60,933 nt of DNA from Candidatus Nealsonbacteria bacterium (GTDB lineage Bacteria > Patescibacteriota > Minisyncoccia > Minisyncoccales > PWPS01): assembly GCA_003554445.1 (NCBI GenBank), contig PWGJ01000059.1:1-60933 (forward strand), given 5' to 3'. Made by a program: the position numbers and the translations under genes. Below the pieces are notes generated by a model. The model was not told the origin of the DNA, did no database searches, and worked only from the letters and a program-made list of their open reading frames with translations. Every line of letters begins with the position of its first letter. The stretch's first letter is position 1. Positions 28,248 through 35,998 of this stretch are shown one piece after another.

Positions 28248-28805
28248 ATGAAATATAAAAAATATATAAAAAAAGCCGAGCCGGAGATGGAAAAAGCGAT
28301 TGACTACCTAAAAAAAGAATTGGATAAAATCAGAGCGGATAGAGCTACTCCATCTTTAGTTGAAGATATCGTAGTTGATGCTTTTGATCAAAAGATGCCA
28401 TTAAAGCAATTGGCAGCAATATCCTGCCCCGAAGAGCGTCAAATCGTTATTGAGCCTTGGAATCAGGATTATATTAAAAGCATAGTGGATGCTATTCAAA
28501 AAGCTAACAGTGAATTAAATCCGATGCCACAAGGAAAATTGGTAAGAATCAATTTACCTCCAATGACTAAAGAGTACAGGGAAAGATTAGTGAAGAAGAT
28601 TTCAGAGATAAGAGAAGAGGCCAGAGTTTCAGTAAAGAGAGCCAGAGAGGAGGCTTGGAAGAATATTCAAAAAGCAGAAAAAGAAGGAGAGATAACCGAA
28701 GATGATAAATTCAGAGGAAAAGATGATCTTCAGGAGCTGACTGATGAGCACAATGACAAGATTGATCAGTTGGTGGAAAAGAAAAAAGAGAAAATTAAAT
28801 CATGA
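28248..28805 (+). CDS. frr: Ribosome recycling factor
   Basis: 185 aa, RRF family (LDKIRADRATPSLVEDIVVDAF...). Confidence 0.94.
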   Translation: MKYKKYIKKAEPEMEKAIDYLKKELDKIRADRATPSLVEDIVVDAFDQKMPLKQLAAISCPEERQIVIEPWNQDYIKSIVDAIQKANSELNPMPQGKLVRINLPPMTKEYRERLVKKISEIREEARVSVKRAREEAWKNIQKAEKEGEITEDDKFRGKDDLQELTDEHNDKIDQLVEKKKEKIKS

Positions 28806-29842
28806 ATATATTAGTAGTTGTAGTCAGTTTAGTTTTACTTATTACCTTGCATGAGCTGGGACACTTTTTGTTTGCAAAGAAGTTTGATGTTAAAGTTCAT
28901 GAGTTCGGAATCGGAATACCGCCTCGCTTGATTGGAAAAAAGATCGGCGAAACGATATATTCGATCAACTTACTTCCCCTGGGTGGTTTTGTACGTATGT
29001 TGGGGGAGGATGAAAGGGTTGATGATAAAAGAAGTTTTTCGGAAAAACCCGCGTGGCAGAGAGCTATTATTCTTGTTGCTGGAGTAGCCAGCTTTTGGAT
29101 TATAGCCGTATTGATATTTGCATTTGTCGCTTTCGGATGGGGAGTGATGAGTATAGCTCCGGAAGATGCCGAAGTGGATGCATTTCTGCTCGTCAATCAA
29201 GTTGATGAAGAGATTGAAAGAGAAAAAGATATAAGAGTTCAGGATATAATTAAAGAGGTTAACGGAAAAGAGGTTTCGAAAACTGCCGATTTCGAAAACT
29301 TATTGAAGGAAAACGGTAAAACCATTACGATACAAAGAGGGGATAAAATAGAAGAGGTGGACATAAGTGAATTTGACTCCGATGAAATTTTATCCTTTTT
29401 AGGGCTGGTCAGAGCTACCGAAGAGAGAAAGTCTTTAACGGAATCTTTTTCATTCGGGGCTCGTCAAACGATTAATGTAACCAGACTACAGGCTGGCGGG
29501 ATATGGATGGCTATCAGGGGAGCCATTACCGGAGAAGGTCTCCCGGAAGGAATGGAGTTGGGAGGAGCGGTTATGATCGGGGACATGGCTACGGATGCTC
29601 TGGATAGAGGCTTGGGAGATTATCTGATGTTTGTTGGAATAATTGCTACTATTTTGGCTTTTATGAACATACTTCCGATTCCCGCACTCGATGGAGGAAG
29701 ACTTTTGTTTCTGGCTATAGAAAAAATAAAAGGAAGTCCGATTCCCGTGAGGGTGGAACAAACTGTTAATGCGGTATTTTTCGTACTGCTTTTAACTTTA
29801 ATGGTATTGATAACGGTCAGAGACATATATAACATTTTTTAG
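28802..29842 (+). CDS. rseP: RIP zinc metalloprotease RseP (M50 site-2 protease)
   Basis: 346 aa, multi-TM, with the HELGH motif, a PDZ-like middle region and the C-terminal LNILPIPALDGG motif. Confidence 0.9.
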   Translation: MNILVVVVSLVLLITLHELGHFLFAKKFDVKVHEFGIGIPPRLIGKKIGETIYSINLLPLGGFVRMLGEDERVDDKRSFSEKPAWQRAIILVAGVASFWIIAVLIFAFVAFGWGVMSIAPEDAEVDAFLLVNQVDEEIEREKDIRVQDIIKEVNGKEVSKTADFENLLKENGKTITIQRGDKIEEVDISEFDSDEILSFLGLVRATEERKSLTESFSFGARQTINVTRLQAGGIWMAIRGAITGEGLPEGMELGGAVMIGDMATDALDRGLGDYLMFVGIIATILAFMNILPIPALDGGRLLFLAIEKIKGSPIPVRVEQTVNAVFFVLLLTLMVLITVRDIYNIF

Positions 29843-29846
29843 ATTT

Positions 29847-31070
29847 ATGAGACAAACAAAACTTTTCACAAAGACAACAAAAGACACTCCTAAAGGAGAG
29901 GAGGCCAAGAATGCACAACTTTTAATAAGAGCCGGCTTTATAAACAAAGAGATGGCTGGAGTTTACTCTTTTTTACCTCTGGGACTAAGAGTCATAAGAA
30001 AAATCGAAGCGATAATCAGAGATGAGATGGACAACACTTTAAATGCTTCGGAAATTTTTATGCCTGCACTACATCCTCTTGAAAATTATGAAAAGACGGG
30101 AAGGGATAATATAGATGTCTTGTTTAGAACCGAATTGGCTACGGGAAGGAGTCTGGTTTTAGGTCAATCACATGAAGAAGTCGTGGTTCCGTTAGCTAAG
30201 AATCATATTTTTTCTTATCGTGATTTGCCCGTTTACGTTTATCAAATTCAAAATAAATTTAGAAATGAACTCAGAGCAAAATCCGGTATACTGAGAGGTA
30301 GAGAATTTTCAATGAAAGATTTGTACTCCTTTCATGTTGATGAAGAGGACTTGAATCGTTACTACGAACAATCCAAAAAAGCTTATAAGAATATATTTGA
30401 AAGAGCGGGAATCGGTGATAGTACTTACATGACCTTCGCCGACGGAGGAACATTTTCCAAGTATTCTCATGAATTTCAAACCGTAACCGAGGCAGGAGAA
30501 GATATTATCCATCTTTGTAGCGACTGCGAGGTAGCAATTAATGAAGAAATTATTGATGAGCAAGAAAAATGTCCGGAATGTGGGGAAAAAAGTAAGCTGG
30601 TTGAAAAGAAAGCAATTGAAGTCGGAAACATATTTAAATTAAAGACAAAATTCAGTGACGCTTTCAATTTAACCTATACGGATGAAGACGGTAAAGAGAA
30701 GCCGGTTTACATGGGTTGTTACGGAATAGGAGTGGGTCGGTTGATGGGAGCCGTTTTGGAGGTTAATTCGGACAAAAACGGAATGATTTGGCCGGAAGAA
30801 ATCGCTCCATATCAAGTTCACTTGATTCCGATTGGAGACAAGGCCAGAGAGAAAGCCGAAGAGATTTATGAGAACTTTGATCAAGAGATACTTTATGATG
30901 ATCGGGATACCAGTGTGGGTGATAAATTTGCCGATGCTGATTTAATGGGAATTCCTTACAGAGTAGTAATAAGTGACAAAACTTTGAAAAAAGACTCTGT
31001 GGAAATAAAAAAAAGAAGTGAAGAAGAAGAGAAATTAGTAAAAATTGATAACTTGCAAAGTTATGTTTAA
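29847..31070 (+). CDS. proS: Prolyl-tRNA synthetase, short form without INS editing domain
   Basis: 407 aa with class II motifs (FRNELRAKSGILRGREF, GCYGIGVGRL). A CxxC...CxxC mini-insertion occupies the INS position. Confidence 0.9.
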   Translation: MRQTKLFTKTTKDTPKGEEAKNAQLLIRAGFINKEMAGVYSFLPLGLRVIRKIEAIIRDEMDNTLNASEIFMPALHPLENYEKTGRDNIDVLFRTELATGRSLVLGQSHEEVVVPLAKNHIFSYRDLPVYVYQIQNKFRNELRAKSGILRGREFSMKDLYSFHVDEEDLNRYYEQSKKAYKNIFERAGIGDSTYMTFADGGTFSKYSHEFQTVTEAGEDIIHLCSDCEVAINEEIIDEQEKCPECGEKSKLVEKKAIEVGNIFKLKTKFSDAFNLTYTDEDGKEKPVYMGCYGIGVGRLMGAVLEVNSDKNGMIWPEEIAPYQVHLIPIGDKAREKAEEIYENFDQEILYDDRDTSVGDKFADADLMGIPYRVVISDKTLKKDSVEIKKRSEEEEKLVKIDNLQSYV

Positions 31071-32115
31071 AAGTTTAATGGAAAAATTATCCGTGGATAT
31101 CGGTATCGATTTGGGTACGGCCAATTCTTTGGTTTATGTAAAAGATAGAGGAATTGTGATTTCCGAACCTTCGGTTGTGGCGGTAAATAAGAAAACCGGG
31201 AAAATATTGGCAATAGGAGAGGAGGCCAGACAGATGGTCGGTAAGACACCCGCTCACATAGTTGCCACCAGACCCTTGGTTTCCGGAGTCGTTTCCGATT
31301 TTGATGTTACCGAGCAGATGCTCAGATATTTTATTGAAAAAGCTAAAAAGGGAAGTTTTCCTCTGAGACCGAGACCGAGATTGGTTGTCGGGATTCCTTG
31401 CGGAGTAACCGAAGTTGAAAAGAAAGCGGTAAGAGATGCCGGGAAAAATGCGGGAGCCGGTGAGGTATTTTTAGTTGAAGAGCCGATGGCTGCTGCTATA
31501 GGAGCCAGGTTACCGATTCAAGAGCCCGGAGGAAACTTCGTAATAGATATAGGGGGAGGAACTACCGAAGTAGCTGTAATATCTTTAGGGGGGGTTGTTA
31601 TATCAGAAAGTTTAAGAGTCGCCGGAGATAAATTAAACCAAGATATTATCGATTTTGCCCAGCAAGAGTATAAATTACTTATCGGAGAAAGAACCGCAGA
31701 AGATATAAAGATAAATGTAGGATCGGCTTATCCTCTCGATCAAAGAATAGAAACGACCATGCGAGGAAGAAATTTGGTCACCGGATTACCGGAAGAGGTT
31801 TTAGTTACCGATCAAGACATTAAAAAAGCTCTTGAAAAATCGGTTGGGGAGATCGTTGACACGATAAAAGCAACGGTAGAAGCAACACCACCCGAGCTTT
31901 TAGCGGATATAATGAGTGAAGGAATCTATCTACTTGGTGGAGGAGGGCTTCTAAGAGGATTGGATAAGTTGATTGAAGAAGAGACCAAGGTAAAAACAAA
32001 GATAGGTGACGATCCACTTACGGCCGTTGCCAGAGGAGCCGGTTTCGCTCTTGAGCATTTGAATGAGCTTTCCGATGTTCTTTTGGAAGTCGAAGATATA
32101 GAGCCACCCAAATAG
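31063..32115 (+). CDS. mreB: MreB-like actin homolog (paralog 2)
   Basis: The ATG at 31063 gives MFKSLMEKLSVDIGIDLGTANS.... It also has DIGGGTTEVAVIS. The track start at 31045 is a TTG inside proS. Confidence 0.9.
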   Translation: MFKSLMEKLSVDIGIDLGTANSLVYVKDRGIVISEPSVVAVNKKTGKILAIGEEARQMVGKTPAHIVATRPLVSGVVSDFDVTEQMLRYFIEKAKKGSFPLRPRPRLVVGIPCGVTEVEKKAVRDAGKNAGAGEVFLVEEPMAAAIGARLPIQEPGGNFVIDIGGGTTEVAVISLGGVVISESLRVAGDKLNQDIIDFAQQEYKLLIGERTAEDIKINVGSAYPLDQRIETTMRGRNLVTGLPEEVLVTDQDIKKALEKSVGEIVDTIKATVEATPPELLADIMSEGIYLLGGGGLLRGLDKLIEEETKVKTKIGDDPLTAVARGAGFALEHLNELSDVLLEVEDIEPPK

Positions 32116-32295
32116 TTACGTGCGGGCCGGGATTTAAAAGATCCACGCCTCAAGAATTTTCGGTGGGCAGGCAGGCTTCAAACCCAATCCCGTGCTTTCA
32201 AAATAGAGGAGAGTTCTTTCAAGAAAAAACTCTCCGCTTCCAGGTTAAAAAAGCCATTTTTTTACCTTAGTCAAAAGATTTAAATCTAAAGTTTT

Positions 32296-32574
32296 ATGCT
32301 AAAAAAAGAAACCGTAGAAAAAATAGCCGGTTTGGCTCATCTTGAGATAGAAGAATCAAAAAAGGATAAAATCAGAAAGGATCTGTCTGAAATTTTGGAA
32401 TATGTAGATAAGCTTAATGAAGTTGACACTTCCGGAATTGATTTCAAATCGATATCACCAATCAAAAACAGATTAAGAGAGGATAAAGTTGTAGATACGG
32501 AGGAAAGTCAAAAAGAGAAGATGCGAAGCATGGGCAAAAACAAGGATAATTATTTTCAAATTGAGTCTATATAA
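32296..32574 (+). CDS. gatC: Glu/Asp-tRNA amidotransferase subunit C
   Basis: 92 aa, GatC pattern (IAGLAHLEIEE...IL.YVDKLNEVDT), immediately upstream of gatA. Confidence 0.88.
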   Translation: MLKKETVEKIAGLAHLEIEESKKDKIRKDLSEILEYVDKLNEVDTSGIDFKSISPIKNRLREDKVVDTEESQKEKMRSMGKNKDNYFQIESI

Positions 32575-32597
32575 AATATAAATTACAAATAGGCAGT

Positions 32598-33305
32598 ATG
32601 GATATCGAGAAATTACAAATAGAGGATATTAAAAGCGGATTGAAGGAAGAAAAGTTCAGCAGTACTGAATTAACCGAAGAGTTTCTTAATAAAGCCAAGG
32701 AGAAAGATGAAAAGATCTCTTCACTATTGGAGATAACTGAAGATTTAGCTCTTAAACAAGCTAAAAAAGTTGACAGTGATTCTAAAATTAAGGATTTAAG
32801 TGGAGTTCCGATAATTATAAAAGATAATATTTTAGTTGAAGGAGTCAAAGCGACGGCCGGATCAAAGATATTGGAACACTTCAGAGCTCCTCATGATGCA
32901 ACCGTAGTAGAAAAAATTAAAGAGGCCGGAGCAATAATTATAGGTAAGGGGAATATGGATGAGTTTGCAATGGGCGGATCTACGGAGACGTCGGCTTTTT
33001 TCAATACCAAAAATCCCGTTGACACCGATAAGGTTCCCGGAGGCTCCTCGGGTGGGCCGGCAGCAGCCGTAGCAGCTGGAATAGCACCCATTTCGCTTGG
33101 CTCGGATACCGGAGGGTCTGTAAGGCAACCGGCCAGTTTTTGTGGAGTTGTGGGCTTTAAGCCGAGCTATGGAAGAGTTTCGCGAAACGGTCTTATGGCA
33201 ATGGCTTCTTCACTGGATCAGATCGGACCATTTGCAAAATCAGTAAAAGATATAAAAACCGTTTTTGATGTAATAAAAGGAAAAGACGAAAAGGATTCCA
33301 CTTAG
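32598..33305 (+). CDS. gatA: Glu/Asp-tRNA amidotransferase subunit A, N-terminal 235 codons (ends at an in-frame TAG)
   Basis: Amidase signature GGSSGGPAAAVAAG. The ORF ends ...KDEKDST-TAG, inside the conserved D.KDSTS block. Confidence 0.9.
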   Translation: MDIEKLQIEDIKSGLKEEKFSSTELTEEFLNKAKEKDEKISSLLEITEDLALKQAKKVDSDSKIKDLSGVPIIIKDNILVEGVKATAGSKILEHFRAPHDATVVEKIKEAGAIIIGKGNMDEFAMGGSTETSAFFNTKNPVDTDKVPGGSSGGPAAAVAAGIAPISLGSDTGGSVRQPASFCGVVGFKPSYGRVSRNGLMAMASSLDQIGPFAKSVKDIKTVFDVIKGKDEKDST

Positions 33306-33998
33306 GTGGAGGTGGAAAATAGTTATGAAGATCCCGGCAATTTCAAAATTGGGATTCCCAAAGAATATTTTGTTGACGGAGTTGATGAAAAAGTAAAAAA
33401 AGAAGTTCGTAAGGTAATTGAAAAAATTGAAAATTCAAATATAGAAGTTATCGATACGACCCTTCCTCACACTGAATATGCACTTGCTTGTTATGAAATA
33501 GTTATGGCATCCGAAGTGTCGGCAAATATGGCCAGATATGATGGAATAAGGTACGGTTTGGAGGTTGAACGCCCGGAAGCCGATTCGATAAAAGAAGCAT
33601 ATCTTAAAAATAGGGGTAAATTCGGTGATGAAGTTAAGAGAAGGATTATTCTCGGGACCTATTCACTTTCCAGTGGATATTATGATGATTATTATATGAA
33701 AGCGGAAAAGGTAAGGGAATTAATTAAAAGAGATTTTGAAAAAGCTTTTGAAGAAGTTGATGTAGTTTTAACCCCCACAAGCCCGATTCTTCCTTTCGAC
33801 TTGGGAGAAAAGCTCGAAGATCCACTCTCGATGTATTTAGCGGACACCTTTACCGTTCCCGCTAATTTGGCGGGACTCCCTGCTATCTCGATACCGAGCA
33901 AATGTAGAGGATTGCCCGTTGGAATTCAAATAACCGGAGAAAGATTTAAAGATGAAAAATTACTTCAAATAGCGGAAAAAATTGAAGATTTAATATAA
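33306..33998 (+). CDS. gatA: Glu/Asp-tRNA amidotransferase subunit A, C-terminal 230 codons (same frame, immediately after the TAG)
   Basis: This continues GatA homology (KIGIPKEYF..., ...PTSPILPF..., GLPAISIP...GLPVGIQI). It has no ATG of its own; GTG at 33306. Confidence 0.85.
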   Translation: MEVENSYEDPGNFKIGIPKEYFVDGVDEKVKKEVRKVIEKIENSNIEVIDTTLPHTEYALACYEIVMASEVSANMARYDGIRYGLEVERPEADSIKEAYLKNRGKFGDEVKRRIILGTYSLSSGYYDDYYMKAEKVRELIKRDFEKAFEEVDVVLTPTSPILPFDLGEKLEDPLSMYLADTFTVPANLAGLPAISIPSKCRGLPVGIQITGERFKDEKLLQIAEKIEDLI

Positions 33999-34010
33999 CC
34001 TGCAAGTTAA

Positions 34011-34535
34011 ATGGAGGATTTATTACAATACTTAATTGAGCCTGAGAGCCTGGATCCCGGTATATTCAGGATGATAAATTTTGTCAGATATATTTTTAGT
34101 ACATTGGGGGACGCAATGTTTATCACCATAATTTACTTCATAGTGAGAACCGGGATGCTTGAGGAGAAATACTTTAAGGATATCTCTGAATTTACAAAAA
34201 CCTCCGCTTATCAAGACATTAAAATTTCAAAAAATTGGGCCAAGATCAAAGAAAAAGTTGGAAGAGAAGATGAGTCGGATAGAAAGTTGGCTGTTATTGA
34301 AGCTGACAATGTGCTGACTTCCGTTTTGAATGATATGGGTTACGAGGGTGAAACTTTAGAGGAATCACTCACTGAAATCGGAAAAGAGATACTCCCGAAC
34401 AAAAAAGAGCTTCTTTCGGTTCATAAAAAAAGAAGAGATCTGGTCTATGACCCGAACTATGAATTGTCAGAAGAAGAAGCGGGAGAAATGATAGAAACTT
34501 ACGAACAAACTCTCAAGGATCTGCAGTTAATTTAA
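34011..34535 (+). CDS. Hypothetical protein
   Basis: 174 aa with one hydrophobic segment (AMFITIIYFIV) and a charged C-terminal half. No family recognised. Confidence 0.65.
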   Translation: MEDLLQYLIEPESLDPGIFRMINFVRYIFSTLGDAMFITIIYFIVRTGMLEEKYFKDISEFTKTSAYQDIKISKNWAKIKEKVGREDESDRKLAVIEADNVLTSVLNDMGYEGETLEESLTEIGKEILPNKKELLSVHKKRRDLVYDPNYELSEEEAGEMIETYEQTLKDLQLI

Positions 34536-34542
34536 CTTACCC

Positions 34543-34570
34543 TTGATTTTTTTTAGATATATATTACAAT
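34543..34570 (+). promoter_or_regulatory. Putative promoter for the tRNA cluster
   Basis: TTGATT (34543-34548), 16-nt spacer, TACAAT (34565-34570). Confidence 0.45.
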
Positions 34571-34609
34571 AGTAGTCAGTCAGGAACTTTATTGTTCTGA
34601 CTTGTATAT

Positions 34610-34680
34610 CGCGGGGTGGTGGAACGGTACCATGCGAGGCCCATAACCTCGAGGTCTGGGTTCGAATCCCGGCCCCGCAA
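34610..34680 (+). tRNA. Initiator tRNA-fMet (anticodon CAU)
   Basis: Manual cloverleaf. The 5' CGCGGGG / 3' CCCCGCA-A acceptor has the C1xA72 mismatch typical of bacterial initiators. Anticodon loop is CCCAUAA, T-loop is TTCGAAT, and no CCA is encoded. Confidence 0.85.
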
Positions 34681-34702
34681 CATTTTTAATTTATTTAATT
34701 CA

Positions 34703-34776
34703 GCCAGGGTAGCTCAGGCGGTTAGAGCGATGGACTCATAAGCCATAGGTCGTGGGTTCGATTCCCACCCCTGGCA
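34703..34776 (+). tRNA. tRNA with CAU anticodon (elongator Met or lysidine-modified Ile2)
   Basis: GCCAGGG acceptor pairs with CCCTGGC. D-arm is GCTC...GAGC, anticodon loop CTCATAA, T-loop TTCGATT. Confidence 0.85.
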
Positions 34777-34786
34777 CCCTGGAACT

Positions 34787-34863
34787 GGGGGCGTAGATCA
34801 ATTGGTTAGATCGCATCCCTGTCACGGATGAGGTTGCCGGTTCAACTCCGGTCGTCCCCGCCA
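34787..34863 (+). tRNA. tRNA-Asp (GUC)
   Basis: GGGGGCG acceptor pairs with CGTCCCC. Anticodon loop is CTGTCAC, T-loop TTCAACT, discriminator G, and CCA is encoded. Confidence 0.9.
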
Positions 34864-34865
34864 TC

Positions 34866-34895
34866 AAACTCCCATTTCGGGAGTTTTTATTTTTA
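34866..34895 (+). terminator. Intrinsic terminator after the tRNA cluster
   Basis: AAACTCCC (34866-34873) pairs with GGGAGTTT (34879-34886), followed by TTTATTTTT. Confidence 0.8.
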
Positions 34896-34940
34896 TAATT
34901 TTTTATCAATTTAATTGGCATAATTATAAGTAATTATAAC

Positions 34941-34969
34941 TTGCTTTTTTAGTTGTTTTAAGGTAAAAT
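34941..34969 (+). promoter_or_regulatory. Putative promoter abutting the pheS start codon
   Basis: TTGCTT (34941-34946), 17-nt spacer, TAAAAT (34964-34969). Only 6 nt separate the -10 element from the ATG at 34976. Confidence 0.4.
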
Positions 34970-34975
34970 GATAAT

Positions 34976-35992
34976 ATGATTGATATTGATAATTTGCGAA
35001 AAAAAGCTCTGTCCGAAATCAAAAAAGCGGATACTCTAAAAAAAATAAAAGAGCTTGAAAAAAGATACATCGGAAAAGACGGAAAAGTTTCTGATATATT
35101 CAAAAAAATTCCTCAAGCCGGTAAAGAAAAGAGAGCAAAGTTGGGAAAAGAAGCAAACAAACTCAAAGGAGAATTGGAAGAGAAACTCAAGAATAAACGT
35201 CTGAAATTGGAAAAATGTGAGAAAGAGGAAAAAGTAGAATCTTTTGACCCCACTCTACCGGGTAAAAAACCCGATTTGGGGAGTCTTCATCCGCTCACAA
35301 CCGCCAGAAAAGAATTGACCGATATATTTGTCGGAATGGGCTTTTCCGTGATTCAGGGTCCGGATATGGAGACGGGTTGGTATAATTTTGATGCACTTAA
35401 TTTTCCAAAAGATCACCCGGCCAGGGATATGCAGGACACTCTTTTTGTAAAGGGTGAAAAGGAGAAAGTGATGAGAACTCACACCTCTCCGGTTCAAATT
35501 AGACACATGGAAGAGAACGATCCTCCGATAAAGGTGGTTGTTCCGGGAAGAGTCTACAGAAATGAAACTACCGATGCTTCTCATGAGATTAATTTTTATC
35601 AGTTGGAGGGATTGATGATAGATAAGGATATATCCGTATCCAACTTTAAATCGGTAATTACTCAATTTGTTAATGAATATTTCGACGGAGATGTAAATGT
35701 TAGACTCAGACCGTCTTTCTTTCCCTTTACGGAACCTTCTTTTGAGGTTGATATGAGTTGTAGTGTATGCGATGGTTCGGGGTGTTCGGTCTGCTCACAG
35801 ACCGGCTGGTTGGAGGTTTTGGGAGCTGGCATGGTTCATCCGAATGTAATTAAAAATTCCGGTTTGAACCCCGAAAAGTGGCAGGGATTCGCTTTCGGGA
35901 TGGGTATGGACAGATTGGTTATGATAAAATACGGCATAGATGATGTTCGCCTTTTTTACAGTGGAGAACTCAGATTTTTAGAGCAATTCTAA
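34976..35992 (+). CDS. pheS: Phenylalanyl-tRNA synthetase alpha subunit
   Basis: 338 aa with class II motifs (HPARDMQDT, GRVYRNETTDASHEINFYQLEG, GFAFGMGMDRL). Confidence 0.96.
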   Translation: MIDIDNLRKKALSEIKKADTLKKIKELEKRYIGKDGKVSDIFKKIPQAGKEKRAKLGKEANKLKGELEEKLKNKRLKLEKCEKEEKVESFDPTLPGKKPDLGSLHPLTTARKELTDIFVGMGFSVIQGPDMETGWYNFDALNFPKDHPARDMQDTLFVKGEKEKVMRTHTSPVQIRHMEENDPPIKVVVPGRVYRNETTDASHEINFYQLEGLMIDKDISVSNFKSVITQFVNEYFDGDVNVRLRPSFFPFTEPSFEVDMSCSVCDGSGCSVCSQTGWLEVLGAGMVHPNVIKNSGLNPEKWQGFAFGMGMDRLVMIKYGIDDVRLFYSGELRFLEQF

Positions 35993-35998
35993 TTTATT

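Noticed and set aside
32116-32200. The GC-rich spacer as a tRNA or pseudo-tRNA, 4.5S/SRP RNA, tmRNA or RNase P RNA.
   Set aside because: A manual cloverleaf attempt fails: there is no anticodon or T stem despite a TTCAAAC-like string. The SRP domain IV (GGAA tetraloop context), tmRNA 5' GGGG.. and RNase P GAGGAAAGUCC cores are absent. It is kept only as an unassigned candidate.
34543-34895. The tRNA cluster as an integration hotspot or genomic-island boundary, and CRISPR arrays or mobile elements anywhere in the window.
   Set aside because: No integrase, transposase, direct repeats of a tRNA 3' end, or regularly spaced repeats were seen. The flanking genes are core (gatA, pheS).
34736-34921. 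61-aa minus-strand ORF.
   Set aside because: It lies across the tRNA-CAU and tRNA-Asp genes and their terminator, so it is an artefact of open frame in structured RNA genes.
34864-34975. T-box leaders upstream of pheS and thrS (54082-54252) or alaS.
   Set aside because: The spacers are too short (about 110, 170 and 14 nt). They lack the conserved T-box sequence and specifier-loop architecture.
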